This document shows positions 51,925 through 64,000 of a DNA stretch of 64,000 bases, piece by piece. The DNA is from Podarcis gaigeae (taxonomy: Eukaryota), in NCBI GenBank assembly GCA_964106915.2, contig OZ066917.1, one strand, 5' to 3'. The position numbers and the translations under genes were made by a program. Within the stretch, counting starts at the first letter, position 1, and each line of letters opens with the position of its first letter. Below the pieces are notes generated by a model. It worked only from the letters and a program-made list of their open reading frames with translations. It had not been told where the DNA came from and did no database searches.

Positions 51925-52845
51925 AGGCTGACTGTTTTGAACCAATGCTTGGATGAGGGCCAACAAACCGAAATTGAATCCCAGTAAGACAGAGACTCTA
52001 TGGGTGAACAGTTCCCAGGTGTTGGGGACTTTCTCAGTTCTAAAGGGAGTAGCACTCCCTCTGAAGGATCAGGTATGCCTCTGTGTGAAACAAGCACCAG
52101 TTATCAACTTAGGCTGATATGCCATCTATGTCCTTTTACTGGATAGTCTGACCACCATGATTCATGTGTTGGCCTCCTCTTAACTGACTACTGAAATTAG
52201 CTCGACGTGGGACTTCCCTTGAGACTGGAATGGAAGCCACAGTTGGTGTAGAACAATGCAGCCAGCTTGTTAGTGGAGCCCCTGGTGAGCAGATATTACA
52301 CCTGTGCTGAGGAAACTGCCCTGCTTGTCAGTCACTTACTAGGCCATGTTCTGGGTCTTGTTACTAATATATAAAGCTTTGAACTATGTGGGACCAGGCC
52401 ATCTTAAAGATCACTTGCCCCCCATATATACCTGCAAGATCCCTTAGATAATCTGGGGACATTCTACTCAAGCTGCCATTGCACCCTACACAATATCACA
52501 GAGTGGTAACATGAAAAAGGGCATTTTCCACCCTTGTCCCTGAATTGTAGAATGTCCTTCCCTCTGCCATATGTGAAGTGTTATGCATCTGTTCCTTCAG
52601 ACATGCTATAAAGACATACCTTTTGTCCAGGCTTCCCCTAACCCATAAAATGGAACACTGCTATTACTTAATTCCTTCCTTTGTTATGTTTTTTTTTTTT
52701 TATAATGCCATTTCACTGTTGATTTTAAGTTGGGTATCAGGTTTTTATTTATGATACTGCTGTTGGTTTTATATCTATATTTCTTTACTGCTTAGAGATT
52801 TTTAAATATTAAATGGTTTAGAAATGTTTTTCAGTAAATAAGTAT
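51925..52845 (+). mobile_element. Old L2 LINE 3' portion
   Basis: Decayed WMRANKxKLNPSKTE, LPLKDQV, TMIHVLASS-xDY and QITPVLRKLP segments, followed by an L2-like 3' UTR and an A-rich end. Confidence 0.8.
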
Positions 52846-54046
52846 TTAAAAGTAACGCAGAAATATATGAATGGGCTGGGCATATATACATCTGGCTGCC
52901 CTATCTTATCCACATATATCCAGTCCTAGCACACATTGGTTTTTGATTATGGGTTGTTGTTTTTTAAAAAAGTGCAAAAAATACAATATGGTCATTGCTA
53001 TATTCTCATTTTTCCGCAACATCTCCCCACTGTCTTTTAATCATAACCTGCATTATTAGAACTGTTCATGTAATTTGCAATAAGCACCTACTGAAGTGTG
53101 TTCCCTTGTTCACCTGATAATCAGAATATTGTGTAAGATAAAGCTGCTTGTTATCTAGGCCAAGACCATTTCCTTAGCTAATTCATACAAGCTAATCAAG
53201 AATGTTTCCTTTTAATTTTTATACCATGTATAAGGTATGTCATTTGATCAGTCTACTGGAAAACATGACACCTGTGTTCAACTAATACAGGAGGGCCACA
53301 CGCACATCCCAGCTCTGAAATAGCCAAGCTTTTTCCATTCAGTAAAAATGGGCTTTTTCAGACATCACTGAATGTTGCTGCACAGATCCACGATTTGCTG
53401 TACTAGCAAATAAATCCTTACAATAACATACCCTCTATTGTGTTAGTGTTAAAGGAACAAAGCAGGAGGTAGGAGCAGCAATGCAGGCATTTTATATTGG
53501 CACAGAAAATTAGGAATAGTGTCTCAGGTTTACTATTCCCAATGTAAGTGAGCAATGAAGTAAGTGGGCAAACCTAGCGTAGCTATTGAAGGGCACAGTG
53601 CATTTTGTGTCGATTGTCTTTAAACTCTTTATTTCAATCAAAAAGTTATGCACAATTAACATTGTCCAACTAAAAGTAAATCAGATTTTGATGTGCTAAT
53701 TTTGAAATCGCAGCGTATACTACTTGGCTGAATTATAACTTCTATTTAACAAAGGAGCAAAATAATCATTTTGAGACATTTTCCCCCAAAGCTTATTCTT
53801 AATGTGTCCTTGACAGATCTTAGTGCAACATGCTCTCTTACTGCTTGTATGTACTTATCATCAAAGAAAGGCCATGGGTCACAATCGCTTCATTCCCAAA
53901 ATGGAATATCATGTGTGCTGTAAAAGTTCATTCTACAGTAGTGCAATGACATACATCCTGAACCTCACCAGGAGCCATTAGAGAACCACACTGGAAAAGT
54001 ATCAAAGCCCCTAACATTTTTCTTTTAATCACATTGTTTCCTGCAG

Positions 54047-54165
54047 GAACATATTTAACAAATGAAGCTAAAGGAGCTGAAGATGCACCTGATGCGGATA
54101 CAGCCATTATCAATGCAGAAGGCAGCCAAGTCAATGCAGAAGAGAAGAAGGAATATTTCATATAG
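54047..54165 (+). CDS. CADM2: CADM2 last coding exon: cytoplasmic tail with protein 4.1-binding and PDZ-binding motifs
   Basis: Branch-like CCCTAAC at 54009-54015 and acceptor ttgtttcctgcag|GA. Encodes [39 protein letters not shown]-stop (TAG 54163-54165). Confidence 0.98.
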
Positions 54166-55040
54166 ATGCAGACTTAGGTTCTCTGAGTATTACTCACCAG
54201 GCTGACTGCTGGAGAAAATTGGCTCTCATCTTTCAGAATTAATTTCCCCCCATCATTTTTTGCTACCTTTATTAATGTACACAAATGCTTTCAGTAGCCA
54301 GTTTATACCAACAATCAGCCATGGACAGCATTTATTTTCCTTTAATTATGGTACCATTCATAATGCAGGACATTTCTTATTGCCTAATCATCATATCCAT
54401 TGCTCTCTTAACATACAGTGCTTGAATATACAGCCTTAACAACTTTAATCATCATCTGTTCAGTTTTTCTACATTTTTTAAAAACAAAATGTTATATAGC
54501 ATTTCTTTTTGGTTTTATTTTATCATGGTCCTTACCGGTATTGCACCAGGCCATTTTCATAGCAATTGTTCTGAAGGTGAGGACCTCAATGTACTTACAT
54601 AAAACATTACAAGTAAGATTAGAGGTTTACAAAGAATGTTTTATATATGTCTATAATTCAAAAAGCAGCCTAGTTTTGAAACATTATGCCCTAGGAAACA
54701 CCAACTGAAAGCATTCTAGTATAATTTCTTGTGTGTTTGCAAATGATAGCAAAGGGGTATGAACAGACCTTTTATTTTAATGGCACATTGGTACTAAAGC
54801 AACGTCTGGGTGGTAACCACATCATGCCGTTTGTCTATACAGAATCCACAGAGATGGATGATGTAGCTCCATTTTGAAAATGTTTGTCCCGCTCTTTTAC
54901 TGCATTTAGGATCATAAAGACTTCCGTTATCTATTTCTGTAATTTCTGGTTTTAATTTAATTTATTTGATTCATGTGGGCTCACCTGCCTTCTCAAATTG
55001 GACATGTTCATGGGGCACAATTGCAAGGCATTTTAGTATC

Positions 55041-55072
55041 TGTATATAGTGCATATAATAAATCCAATTAAA
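55041..55072 (+). terminator. Candidate proximal polyadenylation signal
   Basis: TGTATATA (UGUA/Pumilio element) at 55041-55048, AATAAA at 55057-55062 and ATTAAA at 55067-55072, with U/GU-rich sequence downstream. Confidence 0.45.
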
Positions 55073-56132
55073 CATTATTTGATACATATTTAACTTTTGG
55101 GGCTGTAGGTAAGTCAGTCACAAGTAAGCATTTTCTAATGTCCATTATATCCCTTTAGATATGACTTAAATTAATATTCTGAGTAGATAACATGTATTAG
55201 TACTTTTGTCTGTATGTCCTAGCACTGTTCAGCAGCAAACTTTTCTAGTTCCAGGTTTTTTTTTTCTTTGTTATACAATGGAAGCACAATGTTATATGGA
55301 AAGGTAGTTTTAAGCTAACAACCAGTGCACAGCCTCAGGTTTTAAATTCCAACCACATTAATGATTAATGATTAAGTTGCTAAAATTTTCAATATATAAT
55401 TTGGCAGTTCCAGAGCTGCTTATCAATGTTGGATTTGCCAAAACACAAACAACAAAGTGTTACAACAAAAAGCTCTATGTTTTGTGTATACGGTAAATGG
55501 ACTAATTCTTTATATTAAATTCCTGTCTATGCATTTTGTGAGGTACAAACTTAACTGTCACGGTGAATGATAGAGAATATCTGCCATGCTTTTAGCTCCA
55601 CAGTAAAGACCTCTTTTTGAGATTGTTCTCAAAATGTGGGGCAAAATGACATCTTTAAAAGATAGTCACAAATTCTAAATCTACCGTAAAATAAGCTGAT
55701 TGGCTCGATTCCTCTTCCAGAAAAAACGTGAAACATCACCAGATGCGCTTACTGGTCCCATGTCAGAAGATTCAAATCAGTAGCGATTGCTGTTCATCTC
55801 CTAAGTGCTGCACCTTAAAATAAAATAAATAAGATTTCTATATGGATGCTATTACTGGTGAAGTCTAAAAGCATAATGGCCTATTGTAAAGGATTATCTC
55901 CTGGGATTTATTTTTTGCGTGGGGGGAGAGGGGAGGAGGGAGGGTAGCATTTGAATATGACATCATGTGTCACAGTAAATGGAAATCAAAGGTGTTGTGT
56001 CAGATTATTTATCAGATGAGTATACACCTTTTAAGGACAATAGTAGTTTTTAAATTGTTTTTGTTGGAAAAAGAACATTTACCTTGTTAATTTCTATGAG
56101 AGAGAAAAAGAGACCATCAATCAAGCAGCACT

Positions 56133-56264
56133 NNNNNNNNNNNNNNNNNNNNNNNNNNNNNNNNNNNNNNNNNNNNNNNNNNNNNNNNNNNNNNNNNNNN
56201 NNNNNNNNNNNNNNNNNNNNNNNNNNNNNNNNNNNNNNNNNNNNNNNNNNNNNNNNNNNNNNNN
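56133..56264. other. Assembly gap (132 N)
   Basis: Run of N. Confidence 1.
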
Positions 56265-56981
56265 AGATCATCTGTGGGGAAAAAATGCAATAATATGCTA
56301 ATCTAGTATGGTAGTTTGAGAGAATCAGGTAGGAACTACTAGACACATTGATACTAGTATAGGTTTACAACATAGTCAAGTTGTTCAAAGAGTACATTTT
56401 TAAAAACAAAACTGGCAAAAGGAATTAAGCTTGCTACTACTGGGGAAAAAAGGTGTTTGTCACAGCAGTTAGCTGTAACTTCAGAAACTGATTTATGGAA
56501 CTAATGGCAAGGCCAGCAAAGAACTTAACTGTGCTTAAATGCCTTGCTGCATTAGGATTATGTTTACTAAAGTCACATGTCAATTAGTGCTGTATTTGCA
56601 CATTTTTACATTCTTTATAAATTCCATTTTGCTTAAATGATATAGAAATGCTGCTTACATGACCCACCTCTTCGTCACTGTGAAGTGAAAGTCTTCAAGC
56701 ATTGGGGCATCTTTAGATGTAACCATCCCAAAGTGTCTTGTCAGTGTAGCAAAAGGAAAGAAGTGGAACTTTGCAATAGTAGATAGGAATTGGACTGTTA
56801 ACTTTTTCTTGTGCACTCTGTTGCAGTCAATTTTTAGAATATATATTCTACCTTGCACCTTGAGATGTATTTTACAACAGGCCAAAAAGGAACATGGAAG
56901 TACATCATGCAGTATTAATACAATAAGAGGATAATTCTGGCCTGCCATCACTTTCAATCATCTGCATTCATCCAGTTAAAT

Positions 56982-57731
56982 CAGAGGTTCTCAAACTTTT
57001 TCTTTGAGAGAAAAGGGGGACTTTTGAAACAGAATAGTGACCATCTATTCTCTAACAAAATAAACATTCCATAAGCTAAATATAGTTTTAATATAAAGTC
57101 CTAGCCCTGTCTTTGACTTTAGCACAAGTACTAGCAATATTGTACCAGAGTGTACTAATACAGATACCGATACATTTTCTTAATATAATTGTATTACACA
57201 GTTTGTAACTCAACGGGGTTCAACAATCCAATATAAAATCTCTTATACACTGAGCTATAATTCTGGCAGTGCTGCCACAAAGATTCTTTGCACCAGTATC
57301 CATTGATCTGTGTGGATTTTGCACTAGCCCCTGAGCAGATCCCAATTAATTCTGCTCCCGATTCAGTGCCTTTTTGACCAATAGAGATTGGAGGAAAGCA
57401 AGGAAAAGCCAATCAGAGCAAAGAGCTGGGGGGAGAATCACATCATTGCTCTCAAAGTGGTCTTAGTTTGGTATAAATGGCCGGGAGGTGACTGGTTTCA
57501 TGGTATCATTTTTTCTTCTTGGCTGACCTCCAGCTTGCTATATACCATAAGTTGTCAGCTATATAAAGGGGTAGAAGATTACCTTTTCCATGTCGGGCAT
57601 CCAGTATTGGTGAATAAGGCCACAAGAGCAACACACATTCATAGGATTTACAGATATGCCCGATTTCTAGTCATATTATCTGATAAGGTTTTTCTGTTCG
57701 TATACATTTGATCCTAGTTTGAGAACCCCTG
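56982..57731. mobile_element. hAT-Charlie (MER5-like termini) non-autonomous element inside the probable 3' UTR
   Basis: TIRs CAGAGGTTCTCAAACT (56982-56997) and AGTTTGAGAACCCCTG (57716-57731), 15/16 match. Degenerate 8-bp flanks AGTTAAAT / GTTTAGAT resemble the NTCTAGAN target. Confidence 0.7.
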
Positions 57732-60700
57732 GTTTAGATGAATACACTGGGAGCAAGACACCAAAGGTCAATAGAAATGATTGCTTAATTTACAGTAATT
57801 GACAGGCATGAATGATGAAAGCCCCATGGGAACAACTAAGGAAAATGTGGAACATGACAGTTCTCATCATCAGTCAAAGGTTATCAAGTTATTGCCAATT
57901 TTCTCTTTAATATTAGTTATTTTATTTTGCTATCATTATCATTATTATTTTTAAATAATAGAATGTGGCATCTCACAGTATATGGGTGCATCTTTTTTCA
58001 TTCTTAGATGTTATTAGCAAATCCAAGAAGCGGTTTAAAAATATATATACAATATGAGGCTCAGAAATGAACTGGGAACACCTACCATTTTGTTCACATT
58101 TATGGAAGGCAGATCATCTTGTGCTGAGATTCCTCCTATAAAAGATACAGGAGGAAAACAGTTGGTTTTTTCCCTATATAAACCAGCAAAGTGGACTTTT
58201 TGAATATGTTCTTCATGATGTAGGATTATCTACCTACCTATAAGCATCTCTCAGTGAGAAGAAAGGACAGGAGGTTATTTAATTTATGATTGTAAAAGCA
58301 CTGGAGTTACCATGTACGCAAATGTACATTAGGTATTTTGATCTTGACCGTGTGGTTACATGTGCTTCCATGTAACATCAGTTATAGTGTAATTTAGTGC
58401 CACTTATTATAAAGTGTTACCAAAAGGATAACATGACTCTTAACTTTACCTCTCTGTTGAGCTAAGGTAATTCTGATAAACTTAAAAATATGGAGTTAAA
58501 AAGAATTGTCATGGCCACACTACAATGTTCTCCAAAACTTTCCTTGATTCCTCCAAGGATCTTAGCTTCTCATTCATTAGAACTGGTATTTTTTTTAAAT
58601 GAACATACCAAATACAAAAAAACAGCTACTTAAATGTTCTGTAAACAAGCTGTTTTAAACAGAAATAACCCGAGTAATACTTTGGGTTAAGTGGCACAAA
58701 GTACACACTAAAAACTATGCAAAAATATAGGTGACTACAGTGTACTCACATGTAAGTATCTTGTACTTTCTCTGTATGGATATTGGAAAACCATGTATTT
58801 ATAATATGCATTTTGATTATTTTACAAGGAAGGAGATGGGTTTGCAGATTCAAGAATGGTCTATGAAAACGCATAGTGACCATTTGTCTTTAAATATGTG
58901 TATATTCCCAGCCACTTCCAAATAATATTTAATTTATTGTAAGCCGTATTTTCCTTGAAACCCACTACCACTCTATTTTGTCTCTCGTCTTCTTCTATGG
59001 GTCCCATGGGGCTCCTTCCAAACACCTTTGGGGCAAAGACTTCAATTCTGCTAATAGCTCTGCTGCCAGCACTCTGTCTGGGAACATTGCTCAGTAATCT
59101 ATTTCTAGCCCAACAGTACAAGGTTGCTCTTTTTATCTTCCTTGAGGGAGCCTTGCATGCTAAGATGTTGAAAAGTATTGCCATTTGCCCTGGTATTTTT
59201 AGCTTGAGCAATGGAAAGAGAGCCACAGAGAGAACTGCATTCTCCTGACCCCTATTTCACTGAAGCACCTCACCTGGAATTTCTGCTATTTATTTCCCAA
59301 TAACGTCAGGTAATCTTACATTGTGAGTACAAAATGCTTCCATCAAACCACGGAGGATACCTTTAATGATAAAGTTAACTTTTTTCCAAACATGAAATTT
59401 TATATCATTGATCCTTTTCATCTCGTCATTTTTTCCATCATACCCTTCCAAAAGCAATGCATTGAAAGTAGTGAGATAACACAGAACAATCACAGACACA
59501 AGAAATATTGTTAAATTGAACACTGCAAAGCTCCTGAGCCTCTCCAACTATAGCTTTCCTTCTCTGCGAAGCACTATCATTATTGGCCAAGCCATTCATT
59601 CCACTTTCAATTGTGCAATTTTAACTAGTTCCCATAATAAATGTACTTACATGGACCCCTTTTGTTGTTTAGATTCTGCCCTCCAGCTAATGAACCTGTT
59701 TTGTTTTGGGGGTTAAAAAACCTGCCCCTTCTATCATGTCCTTGAGCTGCTCTAATCATCCAGAGTTTTCTGCCCTTTTAAACCTTGACTCCACATCTAC
59801 ACATGAGCAAGGTAAAGTCTTACACATTGTTGCATATACACATAGGCATTGCTTTTGACTAGTCTAATGATTTCACAACGGTCTTCATTACATTACTTGC
59901 TTCCTATTAATGTCGATATTTAGCACAGATTGACAGTGATGTGTTAAACCCACCAGATTCAATTTTCAGTACAGATATTGGTGGATTTTTTTCTTTTTAA
60001 AATTAAATTTTCCATCAGACAAAAATATAATTAGCAGTTTGATGCTCAAACTCTTGGGCAAACTAGGCAGAGAACAAAACAGAGACGATGACGGTACATC
60101 AGATTGTGCAAATATTCATTGGAGATCACATCGGTTACTCTCAATAGGATGTACATTTCTATTTGAGCTCAAATGTACACTCTCACCCACAGCTAATAAA
60201 TGCACACGCACTGATATAATGTGCATCTGCCTGAAAAGTTTTTTTTAAAAAAATCCATGACACTCAATGGATTTCCCAATGGATATACTAAAAACATGGG
60301 GGACAATCTGCACACCTCTATCGTGAATCTACACCACAACCATTAACACTGACATTTATGGGAGTCACTTCTTGTCAAAACTATGTTCCTTTGCTGCTAG
60401 TTGCATCTTCCAGAGACATTTTCACACTCTGTTTGCTAAGCAAACCCTGGGTTGCTTACATTAACCAGAATGTTTTAGAATAACTATAATGAACATAGCC
60501 TGTACTTCATGTGAGCCCTGACAAGTATAGTATAAAAATAAATTATCAAATTACTTGAGAATGAAGTCTTTCCATATATATAGATATAAAACAAAAACAG
60601 AAAAAATCAAGTACTGATAGCTGTAATAAGCAAAAACATTACAAACATTTTCTCAGGGTCTTGAAGGAACTAGCTTTTATTTAAAAAGTCTTGTCCAAAT

Positions 60701-62169
60701 GATCTCTTTGCTCTTGTCACAAAGAAGGAGGATAAACCAAGATGATGTGAGGAGCTTCCTGAATTTTTTCCTATGCTGGATTTATTTATACCCTTAAACT
60801 CATCAGCTTTGCTAGTTACATCTAACTTAAAAGAGGCTCAAACACTTTTTAACAGTAGAGTTATTTAAGTTTCATTAATTGACTTAAAAGATCAGTATTT
60901 GCTTCATTTCATGTCTCTTCCCTGATTATATAAATTTATTCCTTTTAAGTCTCTTGAAGTTATTCTTAAACTGGACTTCAGACAATTAATTTATCACTTA
61001 CATGTCAGCAATACATTTGATTTTAGTTCGAGTCCCCTACCCCAATATAATTGTTCTAAAGCTCCAAAATAGTTTCATTATATATCCATCTGATAGCATG
61101 AGCTAGTAGCTTAGTTCAGTTCCTTTCACTTAAATCCCTTTCAAAATCCTTCTTTGCTTTTCTGGAAAAAGAAGAAATGTAAATGAACAAATATCTAATA
61201 ATGTTTTAAGCACTTAAGTTAACATAGGTAAGCTCTTATTCAGAGGTAAAAACTACAGTGGATTTCTAGGTGAGAGGCTACAGCAGGAGCCAAACAGAGT
61301 GGATGAAAACATTTTGATTCTAGCCGATTCAACTAATATTCTTTCATCTTAATATTTTTACAAGACCATAGGTCTACTCATGAAGCAAGGATTGCCAAGC
61401 AGGCTGTTTAGACAGCAAGAATTGGTGAAGTTCATTTATAAGTAATTGAAATGATAAAGCACTAGTACAGAGATTATAATTAATTATTTTTCTCTGACAG
61501 GCATGGCGCTTTTTAAAAACGTTGAGACAGACAAGAAAACGCCTGTTTATTCTTTCCAAATGTCAGTCCTGTTTCCAAAACAAAATGAACAGAACACAGA
61601 AAGGAAGGATAAAGTACAGTAAACAATAAAGACCGATATTCCAGTGCAGTGTAAAGTAATCTACACAGTGAAACAAGTTTCCACATAGAGTTCTCTTACA
61701 TGGCAGATGCAGAAAGCATACAAATCCCTATGCTACACATTGTTCTGGTTCCAAGGCAAATAAAAAATATTTTTTTTTTCATGATCCTTTAAATTTGCCA
61801 TAAAGCAAAGAAGCAAACTTTTCTGATGAAGATTTCATGTGCAGAAAAAAGTAGAGGCATCTTCACATGGATTTAGGACTAATAAATCTCTCTTACATAA
61901 GGTCTTGTCCATTTACCTCAGCACAATATTTATATCTGTACTTTGCATTAACGCAGGCTTCCCCCCCCCCCAAAAAAAAGTGTGGTTTAAATTAAAAGTG
62001 TTTGTAAAAATAAAGCACCATTTAATATGAAACACAAATACTGATCCTGCCAGAAATGTTGACATTCCAACCATGTTATATGAAAATATATTTTCCACCA
62101 GTACCTGAGCTTTTGGCAATAATATGTAAATACAATTATATTTTCTATACATTGCACACTTTCATGCAT

Positions 62170-62170
<1 letters not shown>

Positions 62171-62206
<36 letters not shown>
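62171..62206. repeat. (CA)18 microsatellite in the probable 3' UTR
   Basis: Direct reading of the sequence. Confidence 0.99.
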
Positions 62207-62208
<2 letters not shown>

Positions 62209-63097
62209 CATGCCAAAGGTTTGTTTTATCTTGAAACAGTATAGGTACAAATTCAGTGGGTTCCCACGTTCTGTTAGTGGCTATACATTCCCTAGGGAAG
62301 ACAGTAAGAAAGCAACATCCATTTTAAACAAAGAAGTCGACCTATGCACTATATTACTTTCCAGCCTTTTAAATCCAAAATGCACTTTATAATTTCACCA
62401 AAAACAAGGATGTTCAAAGACTCCTATAATTGTTTCTTTATACTCATTTTTTACACAGGAAAGGATTTGCTTGCGTAAATATGAGTGCATTCAGGAAAAT
62501 ATTATAATCTTCCAATTTTCCACCTGTTCCACTGAAGTAGTCTCACAGATTTCCTATTTGGTTGATCTGAATTTAATCATTTTAGGATTGCAGACTTGAC
62601 CATTCTAACACAGACTTAAGGATACAAATGCAAAAATTATGAGCCCACAATGTGTTTTGTGTCTCTGTGTCTTCCAGGGCTGCCTGAATAAAAGGACCTG
62701 GTAAAAAAACTCACTAAAAGCCACAATTGTGCCTAGCCCCAGGTGAGTAGCTTAACTGCAAGGTGGCTAAAATGGGCTGAGATCTATGGGTGTGATTGAC
62801 ACCAACACCTGAAATCATGGCAATGTTTCTGATGCTTCAACACTTACTCCAGTCCCAGGAGATCTAAGCATGTTGCACTGACAATGGAAGCACAGTTTTC
62901 TTTTGTTTTTTGTTTACTCCTTTTTCATAATTTTGAGTGAACAAAATGCATATTGTAACATTAGGTACATGACACTTGCATGTTGCTATGCCTATATACT
63001 TACAGAGTATTCAATGTGTACTTGGTGGCGCTTAAAAAAATGTCATGTACAATTTTTATAAACATTCTACAGGGTTCCCATTTGCACTTCATCTTTC

Positions 63098-63150
63098 ATT
63101 AAAGTCTTGTCAGAGAAATGTCTGAGTATTATTAAAGGAAAAAAAATAAA
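63098..63150 (+). terminator. Candidate distal polyadenylation signal cluster
   Basis: ATTAAA 63098-63103, ATTAAA 63131-63136 and AATAAA 63145-63150, preceded by several TGTA motifs. Confidence 0.55.
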
Positions 63151-63912
63151 ATTTCAATTTTAGTTATCGGTTGGACATTACTGAAGTGTCTATTCATTCA
63201 ATACATTTTTTAAAAAAGCAATTCATGAATTTTGTGATGACGTTGTATTGGCAAATATATGGATGATCTGCTCCCAGCTGAAAACTGCTGTGTTTCCCTG
63301 TGCGTTCCATACTGAAGAACTATTTTGGATAAACTGCATGTGATACACCACTACTGATGCAGCCCTTATGATGTGGCATATAAGGATCCCCTTCTTTTGT
63401 GTAACTACTAAAATTTTGTAAATCTTTGTTTATATAGTAAGGATTTATTGTATACCATATAAAGCAGTCAAACAAACATGTTGCTGATGTAATCGAAGGT
63501 GGTGATTTATGTGTACAGACCAGGTATCATCCATGTCACTACCTCTCAGGATCTTCCTTGGCTGAACTTCCAGCTGCTTTTAAAATGTGCAGTTAAATTA
63601 CAAGTTTCAGGGTGGGTGTCAGAAGTAACAGAGGAGGCAATACCCTGAAAAGAAATCTTGCACATATGATCTGTTATTCACCCTTGGGCAGGCTCCAACA
63701 GCACCCCTGTTGGAAGAAATGAAGTTAACCAAGATAAAGCTTCATCAGGGAGGCAAGACGGATAAACATGTTAGCTCTGTCTTGGGTCTCCTGTTCCCGT
63801 CACCTTTCCATTCAGGAGGGGTGATCTAGTGAAGTGGGGAACCTCCTGCACTCATGGAAGCTATCCACATGGTTTAAAGCTCATTTTCCAGCATTCTAAT
63901 ATGAGCAAAATA

Positions 63913-64000
63913 GAGATGCAGGTGGCGCTGTGTGTTAAACCACAGAGCCTAGGACTTGCCGATCAGAAGGTTGGCGGTTCGAATCCCTGTGACGGGGTGA
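63913..64000 (+). mobile_element. Sauria SINE 5' end (cut by window edge)
   Basis: GGTGGCGCTGTGTG A-box region and intact B box GGTTCGAATCC at 63976-63986. Near-identical to the head of the 42491-42797 copy. Confidence 0.9.

Larger units (their letters stand above)
54166..63170 (+). other. CADM2: Probable long CADM2 3' UTR (end inferred)
   Basis: Follows the stop codon. Markedly depleted of recognisable SINE/LINE copies compared with the introns until the SINE at 63913. AU-rich with many miRNA/PUM motifs and a cluster of polyA signals at 63098-63150. Mammalian CADM2 also has a multi-kb 3' UTR. Confidence 0.6.

Noticed and set aside
58861-59248. Opposing 121-aa and hydrophobic 97-aa ORFs in the 3' UTR
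   Set aside because: Non-ATG starts, no splice or Kozak support, no homology recognised.

Overview
Vertebrate genomic DNA, AT-rich and repeat-laden. Sauria-type SINEs and associated repeats point to a squamate, probably a lacertid lizard (inference). The window holds the 3' part of the cell adhesion molecule 2 gene (CADM2/SynCAM2/Necl-3) on the + strand. Four coding exons are present: the second half of Ig domain 3 (3116-3294), the Thr-rich stalk cassette exon (16855-16971), the transmembrane exon (50955-51080) and the last exon with the 4.1-binding and PDZ (EYFI) tail (54047-54165). A probable ~9 kb 3' UTR follows, ending near 63150. The 5' exons lie upstream of the window. The introns (13.6, 34.0 and 3.0 kb) contain Sauria SINEs, a tRNA-Lys/CR1-tail SINE, CR1/L2/other LINE relics, solo LTRs, many Tc1/mariner-, hAT- and Harbinger-like MITEs, microsatellites and two assembly gaps. 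Almost all ORF-track entries are spurious. I see no convincing novel multi-gene system. The best leads are post-transcriptional: an RBFOX-motif cluster before the cassette exon, a possible hidden microexon/stop exon, a possible soluble isoform, a MITE in the 3' UTR carrying neuronal miRNA seeds, an 11-nt miR-10b match near the distal polyA site, and duplicated RFX-like boxes.
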